Shown here: in pieces, positions 40,807-53,385 of the stretch
How positions within the stretch are numbered: the stretch's first letter is position 1
Layout of the letters: the number at the start of each line of letters is the position of its first letter
NCBI GenBank assembly: GCA_051362555.1
Contig: CM120644.1
Coordinates: 10,872,567 to 10,936,566 of the forward strand
From: Lingula anatina
Lineage: Eukaryota; Animalia; Brachiopoda
Length of the DNA stretch: 64,000 nt
Direction of reading: 5' to 3'
Program-made: the position numbers and the translations under genes
The notes under the pieces: generated by a model
What the model was told of the DNA's origin: nothing
What the model saw: only the letters and a program-made list of their open reading frames with translations
Database searches by the model: none

Positions 40807-41052
40807 TAAGGGACCGTTTCCAGATCCTATCGTACTAACTGTGGATCGATCTATCTCCGAAGGGATTCTCGCTAAATTGCAATCAACTTAAGCGGATTAG
40901 ATGTCCTTGATCCCTCCTGATATGCTGGGGGTAATTAATTATCGTTTAGCAGCTTCAGTAGGCTTGCCAGACATCTAAGCCGCTTTAGCGAGAAAAACCC
41001 CTTGGAGATGGATCGATCCTGTTAGATCGATCTAGGTATGGGAACCCAGGGT
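40807..41052. mobile_element. MITE family 1, subfamily b
   Basis: Internally quasi-palindromic, GATCGATC motifs near both ends; matches the 12.4 kb copy in opposite orientation. Confidence 0.75.
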
Positions 41053-41404
41053 TAGAGGCCAGTGCACTGACCCATTAGGTCCTCTCGCGCCACTTAAAGA
41101 CGCGATACTCATCATGACAATCGCGTGACAACTGAAACGCCCACTTTAAGCTGATAACGGGCCTCTCTGAATACGTTTATCTTCAATTACAGCCTTGGCA
41201 AAACAGAGAAGGTTAAAGACCACTGTTTAGAATACTCCGACCTGAACGATAATTATTGGTGATCGCTTTTTATAATGCGTTGACACTAACATTTATTAAA
41301 TGACCACTATTTAATTCACGCAGAGATTAAATACATGTGGTATACCTGAGGAAATGCATTGTACATGAATTTGTTTTATATTTAATTCACACGAGCCAGG
41401 CTTA

Positions 41405-41445
41405 CCCCCGCCCCGTGTCTGAGCGAGTGTTATAAACGATAAATA
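41405..41445 (+). promoter_or_regulatory. Putative core promoter of gene A (GC box + TATA-like)
   Basis: CCCCGCCCC followed by TATAAA (41431) about 155 nt before the ATG. Confidence 0.45.
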
Positions 41446-41585
41446 AGAACAGAGAGAGGGGCAAGGTGTTAAGAAAGTTCAGCAAGCTTAGTCTTTCCTA
41501 GGTCTTCCCGGAGTTTTCCGAGGACACTGTGACACCGCTGATCCTTATTTTTCTGTTTGTTAGTGGCGCGAAAGTAAAAGGCAAA

Positions 41586-42408
41586 ATGGTGCGCGGGGTC
41601 CTTGCTCTGAGTGCGGTTCTTATTGTAATAGCCGTTGTTGAAGGTAGGAAAATATGAAATGTACTGTGTCTTATTAACAAAACGCGACTGAAGTCTTTTT
41701 TGTAACTTTTACGACTTCGGTATCGTCATTTATTAGTTAATATTTTAAATTAATGCTATTTATGTAGAAAAGTTCGGATGCTTCCATGAAGCATACGACT
41801 AAGTCATGTCTATGCAGTGTTTATTGATGTATACTTAAGGGTGGGGGCAATGTCTACATTTTTGGTATATCAACAACAACAAAAAAAAAATTTAGCATCA
41901 GGCATTTTTGTTTATCAAGCTCACCACCATGTTAGATTTAAACCTCTGCGGGCGTGGTTCTTATCGAATTAGATTGACCCAACCTATGAAACTCGTCCGG
42001 AGAATTATTTTAAAAATATTTACGATCTCCCACTGATGGTGTGGATGTTGATCGCGTCCGATCATACTGGGACTTTGAGTTAAAGAACACCTTTGTGCTT
42101 TAGACATATTGTTCGCAGGTTTCTCTTGACGAACCCACGATTTTATATATTGGGGTGAATGAAATAATGTATCCCTCTTTTTTTAGGGTTTTTATTGTTG
42201 TAGACTGGGATTTATTTTGCCTTGTTATTATACCCTCCGTCCACTTGTATATGCCTCTGTAGTCTATATGGTATCGAATCTGGGATTGTGTTTTTGTAAT
42301 CGTTTCAGGACAGTATACACAGCCGGCATACACCCATCCTCCCGCACCTGGCAAGACTTATACATCTTGTAAGTATTGGACAGCCTTTCTACAACTCTTC
42401 ATTCTTTC

Positions 42409-42445
<37 letters not shown>

Positions 42446-42451
42446 CCCATT

Positions 42452-42488
<37 letters not shown>

Positions 42489-43021
42489 TCTCTCTCTCTC
42501 TCTCTCTCATATGTACGACGAGTTGGGCTAAGTATTTCAGATTAATTCGTTTTGATATTGGACCACTTCCCATTAATTCTCTTTTTACAACAAAGACAGA
42601 ATACAAACAGATGCAAATATAAATGCCGATAAATGGCAATGAATAAATGTGAAAAAAATATAAAATTTTAATCCATTATTAATAGATTGATAATTTAATA
42701 TCTAATTTAAAAAAATCATTGATTAATGAATCTACTTTATTTTATTCGTTCAAATAGATCTTCTTCCTGTCTTTCTTTTTCTTTTTATCCTTTTTTTAAA
42801 TTCATTATATACCTGACGTGAATATCTCCCTGTCCATCATTTCAGACTACCCACCCCCGGCTGGCTGGAGTAACTGGTCAGATTTCTCGGCCTGTTGCCA
42901 AAATCGCCGTGCCCGCATAAGACAGTGTATCAACCCCCTGTACACTGGTACCCCCTCGTGCATGGGACCCGCCGTCGACTGGGAGACGTGCGCCGCGGGC
43001 TCCGTGGAAGTCTGCGCATAG
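41586..43021 (+). CDS. Secreted single-TSR protein A (97 aa; Tyr/Pro/Thr-rich linker)
   Basis: Exons 41586-41643, 42309-42368, 42846-43021 (phase 1,1): MVRGVLALSAVLIVIAVVEG-QYTQPAYTHPPAPGKTYTSYYPPPAGWSNWSDFSACCQNRRARIRQCINPLYTGTPSCMGPAVDWETCAAGSVEVCA*. Confidence 0.88.
42408..42508. repeat. (CT)n microsatellite (many others, e.g. 19878, 22255, 25652, 46336, 57597, 62812)
   Basis: Direct reading. Confidence 0.95.
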
Positions 43022-43592
43022 GCAGCTGAGAGGGCGCCTTTATGGACTACGTTAAAAATAAAAGACGCGGAGGATTTATTCTACCATGCTAATTACTGAT
43101 AATATTATGGTCATGAAATTTATGTGGGCCGATTGAATTTTGACTTTTTAAAAACTGCCATGACAGCAGTAAAAGTTACAGTATATGTAATGCCGGTTAA
43201 CCCAGGGATTCACGAATAGGATTATGTAAATTGGATGCATTTGTTTAAGAACTGATCCTTCAGAAGAACGATATTGCGGACTCGCACGCTGATTACCGGT
43301 GGATGTGGAAAACGAAGGCACTGACTTTCTGAATGTTTTGATTTACATGTACTGTATAAGAAAATACTTTTAAATATGAGAAGAGAAGCGAACAGGAATA
43401 TGTGACGTTCCCGTATGTTTTTTTTAAAAGAATCAATGTTTAATAAAATATTATAGTATTGTTAAAGCAATGTTGCGGGTCTAAAATTAAATGACAAATA
43501 CATGTTGTGCGTGTCTGTTGCTTGAATGGGTTTTCTGTTGATTTGTCCCCCTGTACTATAAATACAAAGCTTTGTCAAGTGGAACCCCCCCC

Positions 43593-43634
<42 letters not shown>

Positions 43635-44202
43635 GCGTGCGCTGATTCACACCCACGCACACATATACACCGGCCTCCATCTATCACACGTAAAAACAAA
43701 GAAGTCTAAACGCGTGTCACAAAAAATGGAGCAATTTTCAATAATTTGAATGGCATGGAAACCATGCAAATATTCCTGTCATAGTATGAGAGATGAATTC
43801 AGAGAAAGATGACGTGAGAAACTTTCTTTGTCCTCAAAGTGAGTTAAAACACAGCATAGTATTTTCATTATTAAAATATTATCATTCCCCTCATTTCCAC
43901 CTCTGGACGCATTTTCTGACACTATCATCACATAAATTATAAAAAAGCTTTCAAACTCCACGTCCAGAACTATATCAGGACATTTGTGGTGATGATATTA
44001 TGTAAGCTGGCAAGACTGTCACTCGCTCTATTGACTTGGCATTCTTAAGCAACATCTCTTCTTGACACCAATGATAATTGTAATTATATTTTCAGCTTCA
44101 CGCTTTCTTATGAAAGTCCCCGATGAGTTTATCTCACCAGTAACGGCCACAGCCAAAGGTAAGTAATCGCGTTTTTGGTTTGATTTATCGCCAAAATTCG
44201 AG

Positions 44203-44210
44203 TATATAAA
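44203..44210 (+). promoter_or_regulatory. Putative TATA box, gene B
   Basis: TATATAAA 97 nt upstream of the ATG. Confidence 0.55.
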
Positions 44211-44299
44211 GAACAGCCGGTGCAAAAGTGTTAAATAGACTTGATTGTTTGTGCGAACGTTTTTAATTCTTTGCGTGTATCGCCAAACTCTGCGCTAAT

Positions 44300-45232
44300 A
44301 TGGATAAAACAGCAGCGACCGTACTACTGCTTGTCATCATGGGAAGTTTCATAGGTAAGATTTTATTCTTTATTCCATTACTGGAGAGATTGACGGCTAT
44401 GAAATGGGGAAATTTTGTCAGAAAAGTAGGTTAAAAGCCACATTTTGGTTTTATTCCTTTAACTTTCAAACCCAATAATAATAATAATAATAATTCTTAT
44501 TTCCCTTTCATTTGAAAAACGACTGATATAAAGTTTTTGTTAAAATAAAAATGGCGAGCGTTCCTCGACCAGAAATGTGCTAAATTAACACCACATAAGG
44601 AATATGATTAAACCAGACACTGCTTTTTTTCCAGGCTCTCACGGCAATACGAGATTTTGGTGGCTGCAACTAGGACAGCCCAATAACCAGGTGGCAGGTG
44701 AGTGAAACACCTAAATTCAAGAAATTATGGAACTAAAGCTGCCCCCTGTTGCCGTCAATATGTGATACATAATTTTACATGTATATACATTCTGTTGCCC
44801 TATATCACTTTCACTAATTTATTTCATTATCTTTTTATGATTGAGAAAGACAGTATGAATTTCACTTAAGAAACATAAGTAAAGAGGATGACTTTGTGGA
44901 TGTAAATTCTCTTCTCCCTCCTCAAGCTCTCTCTCTCTCTCTTCGGTTGAGCTTAGGCAAATGACTTTGTTAGATTTCGTACTATTCAATTAAACGTTTC
45001 GTTTTTATGCTTTTTATCACCTGATATGCTTATATTTCATTCTTCAGTCTCCGGCTGGGGCCCGTGGTCCGGATTTGGGTTCTGCTGTAACGGAGTTCAG
45101 CGTCGGATCCGGTATTGCCGCATTCCGAGCTACCTCGGCTCAGCCGGATGCGACGGGCCGACTTGGGAGGAATTCGTGGCCTGCCCAGATGGCGCTACTG
45201 ATACCTGTGCTACGTTAGTATCCGGTAAATAG
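44300..45232 (+). CDS. Secreted single-TSR protein B (100 aa; possible 23-aa readthrough extension to 45301)
   Basis: Exons 44300-44354, 44635-44697, 45048-45232: MDKTAATVLLLVIMGSFIGSHG-NTRFWWLQLGQPNNQVAVSGWGPWSGFGFCCNGVQRRIRYCRIPSYLGSAGCDGPTWEEFVACPDGATDTCATLVSGK*. Confidence 0.84.
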
Positions 45233-46333
45233 CTAGGACCGGATGATCCGGATGACGGATCAGGATCCGGTGAAGCGGATATGAGCACAATATTGGATTG
45301 ATCAGGAATCCGCACTCTTCGATAGGAGAGAATGAGACATTGATATTGATGTAGACGGAAATAATAGCATTTCTTTTAAAAATAGCAGAGGGAAATTTGC
45401 TTCCGAATTCAGTATTAAAAAATTATCAAAGATAGACACTGGAAGAAATCAGAGAAATACTAAATTAGTTCTGAAAATAGACCAGAGATAGCCGACAGTG
45501 ACTTGACTGCTTAGTGTTTTAAAGTACTAGTTAATCTCATGAAATCGGCTTATTAACGATTGAATTTATTCTGCCTCTTTTTTATTTCAAACTTGATTTG
45601 TACCTGTAAATAATAATGTGTGCATCTTATCGCTTGTATTATAATGGTAAAGTAAATGAATAAAAAACAAAATGAAAGGAATATCATTTTTTGCCTTACC
45701 ATTTCGAATTTGAATAGCGCGTATGAAAGCAATTGTGTTTGTCTTTACTGAGTATCTATTGTCTTGGCTTGATCGAATGTATTGTGAGTGCTTTGTCCAT
45801 GACTCTGCCTGCGTATGAGTGTGTGCGTGTGTCCAAGTACGTTTACATTAATGCAATAGTGCGTTCAAAATGGAACCAGACTTTTTAAAAACGCAACGTA
45901 GATAAAACCGTCTCGTAATTTTTTACGCCATCTTTGAAATAATGACCCTTGGCCAAGCCTTGCCCATTTTACGCTCGAAATACTGCTTAGATAAACAGAA
46001 TAAATAAAAAAGATAACAGTCTAATACCGTGTCTAACTGTCGGGAGGAAGATAGACATCTCCTAACGATACACCTGACGATGTCGTAGTCCAGTAATCAC
46101 CAGCTTTAGTGACCAGTGTCCAGGCGGTCATTTCCGTTGTGTGTCCGAAGAACTTTGTCTCGTGTTTTTTTTCTTGCGGTCAGCTGAGTGCACTTCAAGT
46201 GCATGTCTTTTCTGAACACTTTTTTTTTTAAATCACTTGTGTAATTCATTGTATTCTCATGTCTCAACATTTCCTATTGTTTGTCTAAGCCCAGTACCCC
46301 AAACACACACCGAAGATACGAACGCGCACAAGT

Positions 46334-46384
<51 letters not shown>

Positions 46385-47171
46385 ACTAAGTTGCTCAGAA
46401 AAGCTTTAAAATTCCACGTTTTTTCCATCTTGCAAAGTTCGCCGAAGGACACCAAATAGCACGAGTTGCTTCCATCATATTTTTTGCGGTAAGCTTCACA
46501 GAGAGAAACACTTCCTGGATCATATCTTGTCCCTTCATTCGTGGCCCGGGGAATACTTGGTTATCACTCTCGAATAACCCTTCAGTTGACATTCAGTGGA
46601 CTTTCGGCGCCTTCCCTATTTATTTATTTATGATATTTTATCTTACGTCGCCAGCCCGCGACATAAACAAGGGTCAGGGATATCAGCAAGCTAAACATAA
46701 TGCATATAGAGCAAAAATAATTGAATAAAATAAGTGGAACTAGTCGAAATGTAGACACGCAGTCTGCAGATAATCTGTAAGTATGTGGTGAAGTTAAAAA
46801 GGCTGAGGACATTTCTCGCCAAATATAGATAACGCATGAAAGATGGCACCTCTTCAAATATCATTTCTAAGATTTCCTTTTCGGGCTAAGGTCATGTTTT
46901 CTGTAAATAAACAGTTTGTGGTGTACTTCCCTCTAAATTGGCGCGGTCTGCCGATGACAAGCCAACAGTATGAAAAATTGCGGCGAAATTAGAGAAAAAT
47001 ATATTCCTAAAAATGAAGTTATTAATAAACAGAGTTGATATATACGATGAGAGAATATCTCAATACAAACGGAAAAGTTTGGTATTCAGATCGAGATAAA
47101 GCCACACATGTAGCAGTTCACCAAGATAAGGCAGCTATTGGTCTAAAACATTTGCTACGTGTTTTTTTCAA

Positions 47172-47202
<31 letters not shown>

Positions 47203-48048
47203 TAGTCCACTTCTAATTCACCCAGGGTCACAAGAACTTTGATTGTTTAATCCCAAAGTTAAGAGGAGCTGTCAGTCTTTTTAAGTTCTAAGTGAATCAG
47301 ACGATTTTTTCCTTCAATTTTTACATCGAAAATGATCGGAAACTTCATGACTTAATATTTCTGATTGTTGCTTAAGCTGAAAAATTGAATTTGATCTTCG
47401 TAGTTTAATTTCTCCAGATATGGCTGGTAATTGGGCTCATCGGCCGAAGGAAAAAATATATATATTCAGATTGAAAAAAGAAAAAAACATTCTCTGCGAG
47501 CCCCTAAAAAAAGACCATGACACTAATTTGTTTTTAGGACAGCAATACTAATGAAACTGACAAATTAACCCCCTTAAATCGTCAAACAAGCATTCTCAAA
47601 GGCAAAAAATTCTTGTAAGTGACAGTTAGATGCTACTTAACGCTTTTCGAATTCCCTATCCACCCTATTTTTTCTACTACAACATGCAGTTTATCCCTAC
47701 ATATACGCCATCTGACAACTGAAACATAAACTACAATCACAAACATTCGTCTAATTCTGGTGATTTTCGTCTTTGACCAACCACATCAACACTGGAATTA
47801 AGAGACAAAAAAGTTTGATAATCTAGCAACTTAAGATAAAGTTTAGCGTTAGATTTCCAAAGTAGATCTGCACCCTCTCTGACCATTTACCGTTAAAAAC
47901 TGTCACGTCAGGGTGACTCCGATTGTCATCTCAACCAAAGCCTTATACGATATATTTATGGTAATTTGTTTTGCAAATAAATACGTGTTTCCAACACTAA
48001 ATAACCAGCTTTGACTATCAGCGACGGACATTTTTTGGGAAGAATGCC

Positions 48049-48055
48049 TATAAAA
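48049..48055 (+). promoter_or_regulatory. Putative TATA box, gene C
   Basis: ccTATAAAAgg 92 nt upstream of the ATG. Confidence 0.65.
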
Positions 48056-48140
48056 GGAGCAGCAGTGAAAGGAATCCCCATCTTCCCTTTTCGTTCTGCA
48101 GAAAGATCGCTCGCCAGGTCCTAACATATCCCGCTGCATC

Positions 48141-49353
48141 ATGTGGAAAGTGGTAGCACTTGTCGCCGCAGTCGTTGCCGTCTGCGCCACAAACGTGGAC
48201 GCCAACACTGTAAAAAGTAAGTAAATTAAGGTAACATGAAAGATTTGTTTCCATACTGCACGTATTTCTAAAAACACATTTTTTATGCTTCCGACCGAAG
48301 TACAATTTCTTTGATAGTGACTTTAAAAGTTAAAACACAATGAAAGGTGTTGTAACTTTGCGAGGTATTAATCCTTGAGGGAAGGAGGAGGGGGGGTAGC
48401 CTATTTGTTTAAGGTCAATGTGCATAGTACAAAAAATAACCTAGCAAAATCTGTTCTTATTCTACGACCAAACAAGAAAGTGTTTAATAGCAAATGTTTG
48501 AAATTCCAATCACTTGATATTCTCATATATACTATTCAGTAATTTCGTCTGAGCGAAGACCTACATGCCATTTTGATGTCAGTTTCTTCTGTGGCATCAG
48601 CCCCTGTAGACTCAGCCGACCAGTTACCATTGTTTAAACGGATTTTTTCTATTTTTCAGCGGCCTGGTATTATCATAACCCGTACTACCCGCCACCCGTA
48701 CCAAGTAAGTTATAACATGCGCATGCGCACTAAATGCACGTTACAATGACATTCATTGAGAGACTATTAAAGGATTACGCGGTCTTCCTTTCATGTAGGT
48801 CCGCCATATTTTGGTCTCGGCCCTGCTAGACCTCGGCTCTTCTCGATGTGAATGCTTTCAATGACATTCAAGGCTCACTTCCAATGTATGTGGGACCAAC
48901 TCCACGAGGACTTTCGCTGAATGCAATCAGATTAACAGATTACCGCGCCTCCTTTCGTTTCCAACGTGCCCGTATAATCACAGCTTTGCTGTATTTTATT
49001 CAACGCCGGAGTAGGAAAGTAAATCTGGTAATCTGATTACATTCAAGGGTGGGTGGGGGTGGGTGGGGGTGGGGGTGGGGGGGGGGTGGGGGGTCGCGGA
49101 GTTGGATTGATCTACCAGAACGCAGAAATAATAAACTGTGTGTTATTGATTAGAAAATTCAGAACCGATATTTTGATTTAATTGTTTTCTCCATTTAGCT
49201 TACAGCTGGCTCGCCTGGGGCCAATGGAGCAATTGCTGCAACGGCACCCAGACACGATTCCGTAATTGCAACCCGACCACCAGAATTGGATTCAACGGCT
49301 GCACAGACGCAAGCGTCCAGTCACAATCATGCGCCACCAATACATGCACGTAA
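48141..49353 (+). CDS. Secreted single-TSR protein C (91 aa)
   Basis: Exons 48141-48216, 48660-48704, 49199-49353: MWKVVALVAAVVAVCATNVDA-NTVKTAWYYHNPYYPPPVPTYSWLAWGQWSNCCNGTQTRFRNCNPTTRIGFNGCTDASVQSQSCATNTCT*; absent from the ORF track. Confidence 0.9.
48758..48844. mobile_element. Fragment of MITE family 2 in intron 2 of gene C
   Basis: gagac.att..aggat..gcggtctt.ctttcatgtagg.ccgccatattt.gg...ctcggctcttctc matches ~61180-61266. Confidence 0.7.
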
Positions 49354-49601
49354 ATGCCCTTCCGGCGATCTATTCTGTCGCACTTATACAGCAACCTGCA
49401 GAAATCGACCAGCCTCCTTCTCGTGTGCATATTGATGGACCTTTGCTAAATACACTAGCACTTGTTCAACCTGCCAGAAAATTTCGAACGATTTCGTAAA
49501 TGAAACGAGAGATGTACGGAATTACCCGAACTGCACCGAACTTGGTCACCTGTTGAAATGCAGTGCGTCAGATTCTTCGTCATTGGATAATTGCTATCTG
49601 A

Positions 49602-49607
49602 AATAAA
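49602..49607 (+). terminator. Putative polyadenylation signal, gene C (similar AATAAA at 43057/43442 for A, 45659 for B, 53643 for D, 62249 for F)
   Basis: AATAAA downstream of the stop codon; positional evidence only. Confidence 0.4.
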
Positions 49608-49797
49608 ACAAATATAATTTATTCATCAAAAAATTGTCTTATTGTTCTTAGAACATCTCACATTGCAGATTTTGTATCCAACGTGTTTCTTAAACTCTTT
49701 AAAGGTACACAAGCGAGCAGACACTGTGCACATTCTCTGTAATGCACGCAAAGTACTACCACTATAGATTCTTACACAACTGAAATGAAATCCACCT

Positions 49798-49831
<34 letters not shown>

Positions 49832-51418
49832 AATTTATCACTCGATCAGCCAATCCAAAATACTTCAAAACTGCACATATTGTCGCAAACGTGACCTTCC
49901 GGTAGTTGCTTGTCCCCCCCAGTTCGTAATGAAATGAAAATTGAAACGAAAGAAAATAACGAAAAGAGTATACCCTTTGGTATTTCTTTAAATTATACTC
50001 TTTGAAACTAAACGGTGGTTTTTGGTCGAGCTTAGTGGCAGTAATTTGCATAGTTGTCGACTCGCTTAATATGTATCATTAAATATAAGCAGACGACAGA
50101 ATCTTATTAAAATAAGTGTATGCATCTTTTTAGTATTAAGCAAATTGGTGCGCTGTTATTTTCATCGCGTCTGCATTTACATCGCGTTGATAAAATATTT
50201 TGTGAACAAACAGCCTATTCTAAAATGCATAATAGATACATGTACATAATTTTCTGGATGTACATCGATATAACTAAATATCCAAAATTCAAGGAGCAAA
50301 TCTTAAACACAAAATACTTCAACCCTTTCACCTAGGTTATAATCGCATCTTAGATTCAATTTCTGGTGCTCAGTGTTCAGTGCGCCTCTTCCATTCAGTA
50401 AAGAAAAGAGAAATGCACTTCATGAATTTAGCTCGATTTTAACAAAATTCACGACTCTCATTCGTCATTCTTATCGGTCGTATGTGATCTCGAATTCCAA
50501 TATGCTAACGATGACCTACCTCTTGTCCAGCTTTATGGAGAGTTTCTAGTAATCGAAGATACGCAGGGATTTTTGAGGATGCAAAACAAATATCGACCCA
50601 AAGTTACGATAATAGATTCTTAAAACTATAGTCCAAATAAGAATTAATACCAATACAATTACTATGTCTCAGAAGCCACCTTCATCAGGATATGAGACTA
50701 TGACTGTACGTGTGACACATCGAGGCGTCATAACGTAGGGAAAATAATTAAAATTATTACCCGTTGCTTGAAAAATAGGTTAACTGTAACTCGGAGGCCA
50801 TAACGTAGCTAAAGGAATTCTTTCCTAAACATCAATCCCCTCCGTCGCCAAGAGTCCGGATGCACCTTTGATGATTTCTCTTCATGTGAGTACAACTCAC
50901 TTGGAATAAGCATAACTGTACTACTCGTCATAATCATCCATTCAGCCGTTAATTGGTATGACAACAACTTCTATACCATAGGCACTGTAAATTAAGGCCA
51001 AGGAGTTGTAATTAAAAAGATAAACCGAACTACAATCGGTGAAATACCGAGCATCTTAAAATTGTGCAAATTACTGTGTATTAACATGAACGTTGTATAT
51101 AATTATTTGCTGTAGGCCGTGCTTTCTGTCAAAATGGATAATAACATCATTGTCACATGTATTTTTAATGATTCATACATGACAAATATCAAAATACGAC
51201 ATGCTTCTATTATTTTGTCATCACTCTTCTTGGTTAGTTCCAAAAATTTTATCACAAACACTAAAAAGTGTCAGGAAGAAAAAACTGCTTAATTATATAC
51301 AACACATATTAAATGTAGCGTTAAAATGGCAAGCAATCTAAGTAGATGAGGACAGGAACAAACATAATTTAGGATAAGTAGAGACAAAGCATACATTCCA
51401 TATTTTACATCAATTACA

Positions 51419-51489
<71 letters not shown>

Positions 51490-52069
51490 TAATTTCTTCA
51501 TTTATCACTAGAAATAGACAAAGATTTAAAAGTGCTTGTTTTCTTGCTATAATGAGTTTAATTAAATATTTGTATCAAGTTCACGTAGGGGTAATGAAAA
51601 AAGATAAAAAGTCGATTACATACATATTGAATGAGGACTTTCTAACCAGTTCTAACGTGTTCTAACCAGTTACAATTTAAATCACTCCAGACAAGTGATT
51701 ACAATCCCCATATCCTTCATCATCCCACCAACAGTTCATTCTGCTAACTATTTCACTCGTTGATTACATATTTGATTTTATTGGAGCGGGTGTGCGCGCG
51801 TGCGCGTGCGTGGATGGATGTAATTACTAAAGCAAAAAATGTCCGAAGCGATCTAAATTAAGTCTTGTAGGAACGAGAATTAATCAACGGTCAAAATAAG
51901 GTACGAACCGTTTCCCACACACCATCAGCAAAACGCAAAATTATCCACCGGCCCTAAATTACATTAAAATGTACCAGTAATTATATCTTTTCTCACTTAT
52001 TAACGTAGATAAAGCATGATAGAGTTCGGTTGTCCGTGATGCTGCATTGTTATCTCAGTATGTCGATGC

Positions 52070-52076
52070 TATATAA
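52070..52076 (+). promoter_or_regulatory. Putative TATA box, gene D
   Basis: gcTATATAAgc 85 nt upstream of the ATG. Confidence 0.65.
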
Positions 52077-52154
52077 GCGGTCGCGGATTTCACGTTCGGA
52101 ACGTTCTTTGAAGCCCACAACCCTTGCTGTCGCCAAAGAATCCAAGCCACAGAG

Positions 52155-53385
52155 ATGTCCAAGCTTGCTGTTTTGGTTCTCGTCGCAGTTGCAGCGATGG
52201 GCATGGTGCAGTCTGAGAAAGTAGGGGGTAGGTGGACCTTTTAAATATTTACATAGCTTTTGAATGTGTAGAAAATGGTAAAGAAACATTCTAAGAAAAT
52301 ATGACTAAACAGATCTAAACGACATCCGATAGTTCTCCTGTTTTTCATTTTCATTGGAAAAATCATTTAAAAGACAAGAAACGTATATAACAATGTTCTA
52401 AATGCTTAATATCTTTGCTCATTTGGTAAAAATAAACACACCGAAGTCAAGTAATTGGGTCGTTATCAATTTACCATGGTAATTGTGATAAGAAATATTC
52501 GTGTAAAATTTCAAGAACAAAGATATCCATGTTAGTATGTTGCACCAAGCATCGAACTATGGCTCGGGAAAGCCTCTTTTTACTAGCATAAGGTCGCAAA
52601 AAATAATAATAATCATTTACATCTACATTTTAGCTTCTTGGTATTTTCGTCCCCCATACCCACCGCCAGTGTATTACCCACCAAGTAAGTAGATGTTCTT
52701 ATATCTTTACCTTGAACATTTACTACCAAGTATTACCATTTGTGTTTGGATACAGTGCTTTAAATGAATAACATTTGGGTTCGTAAATTCGATCAAACGT
52801 TATTTTTAGGAGCAATTCGTGGTAATAATTTGCTCCTGTATTTTGAATTTGTCGGCATGGCTATAAACATGAAACCAACGTGTGTGTGCTCGCACGCGCG
52901 CGTGTGTATATGTGTGTGTGAGAGAGAGAGAGAGGGGAGAGAGTAAGCCTCATAGATCATCTTCAAATATTATTGTCCTTGTTCTTGAAGATCTATTCAA
53001 CTTATCGACAGTTAGATGTTAACAACAAATTAATAGGATGGGTAGTGTGGGCGTTAGCATGCACACGATGTTCGTGACCGTGTGTACGTACATGCTTGCT
53101 GTCGCACGCGAAAAAAGTTCTCAAAAATGCTGAACTGTGGGTTAAATCACCCACAACAACCGCAAGGCACGTCTTTGGAATTCCCATTTTTATTCGAAAT
53201 TGGTTAAGACAGCGTTTTCCTTCATTCCAGCTTACACGTGGTTAACATGGGGGCAATGGAGCTCCTGCTGCAACGGCTTGCAGACAAGATTCCGCAACTG
53301 CAATAAGCTGACCGGGATCGGCCAGACCGGATGCGCCGATGCCAGCGTCCAGCACCAGGCGTGCACCCCCACCAATGTCTGCTGA
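52155..53385 (+). CDS. Secreted single-TSR protein D (92 aa), closest paralog of C
   Basis: Exons 52155-52227, 52634-52684, 53231-53385: MSKLAVLVLVAVAAMGMVQS-EKVGASWYFRPPYPPPVYYPPTYTWLTWGQWSSCCNGLQTRFRNCNKLTGIGQTGCADASVQHQACTPTNVC*. Confidence 0.9.

Noticed and set aside
44096-44158. Exon-like segment (ttcag..AAG|gtaagt) upstream of gene B
   Set aside because: Lies upstream of the TATA box and has no clear partner acceptor; unsupported.
49047-49093. G-quadruplex-like (GGGT)n run in gene C intron 2 (similar at 61821-61846)
   Set aside because: Poly-G/C runs are frequent throughout this window and error-prone in assemblies; nothing specific.
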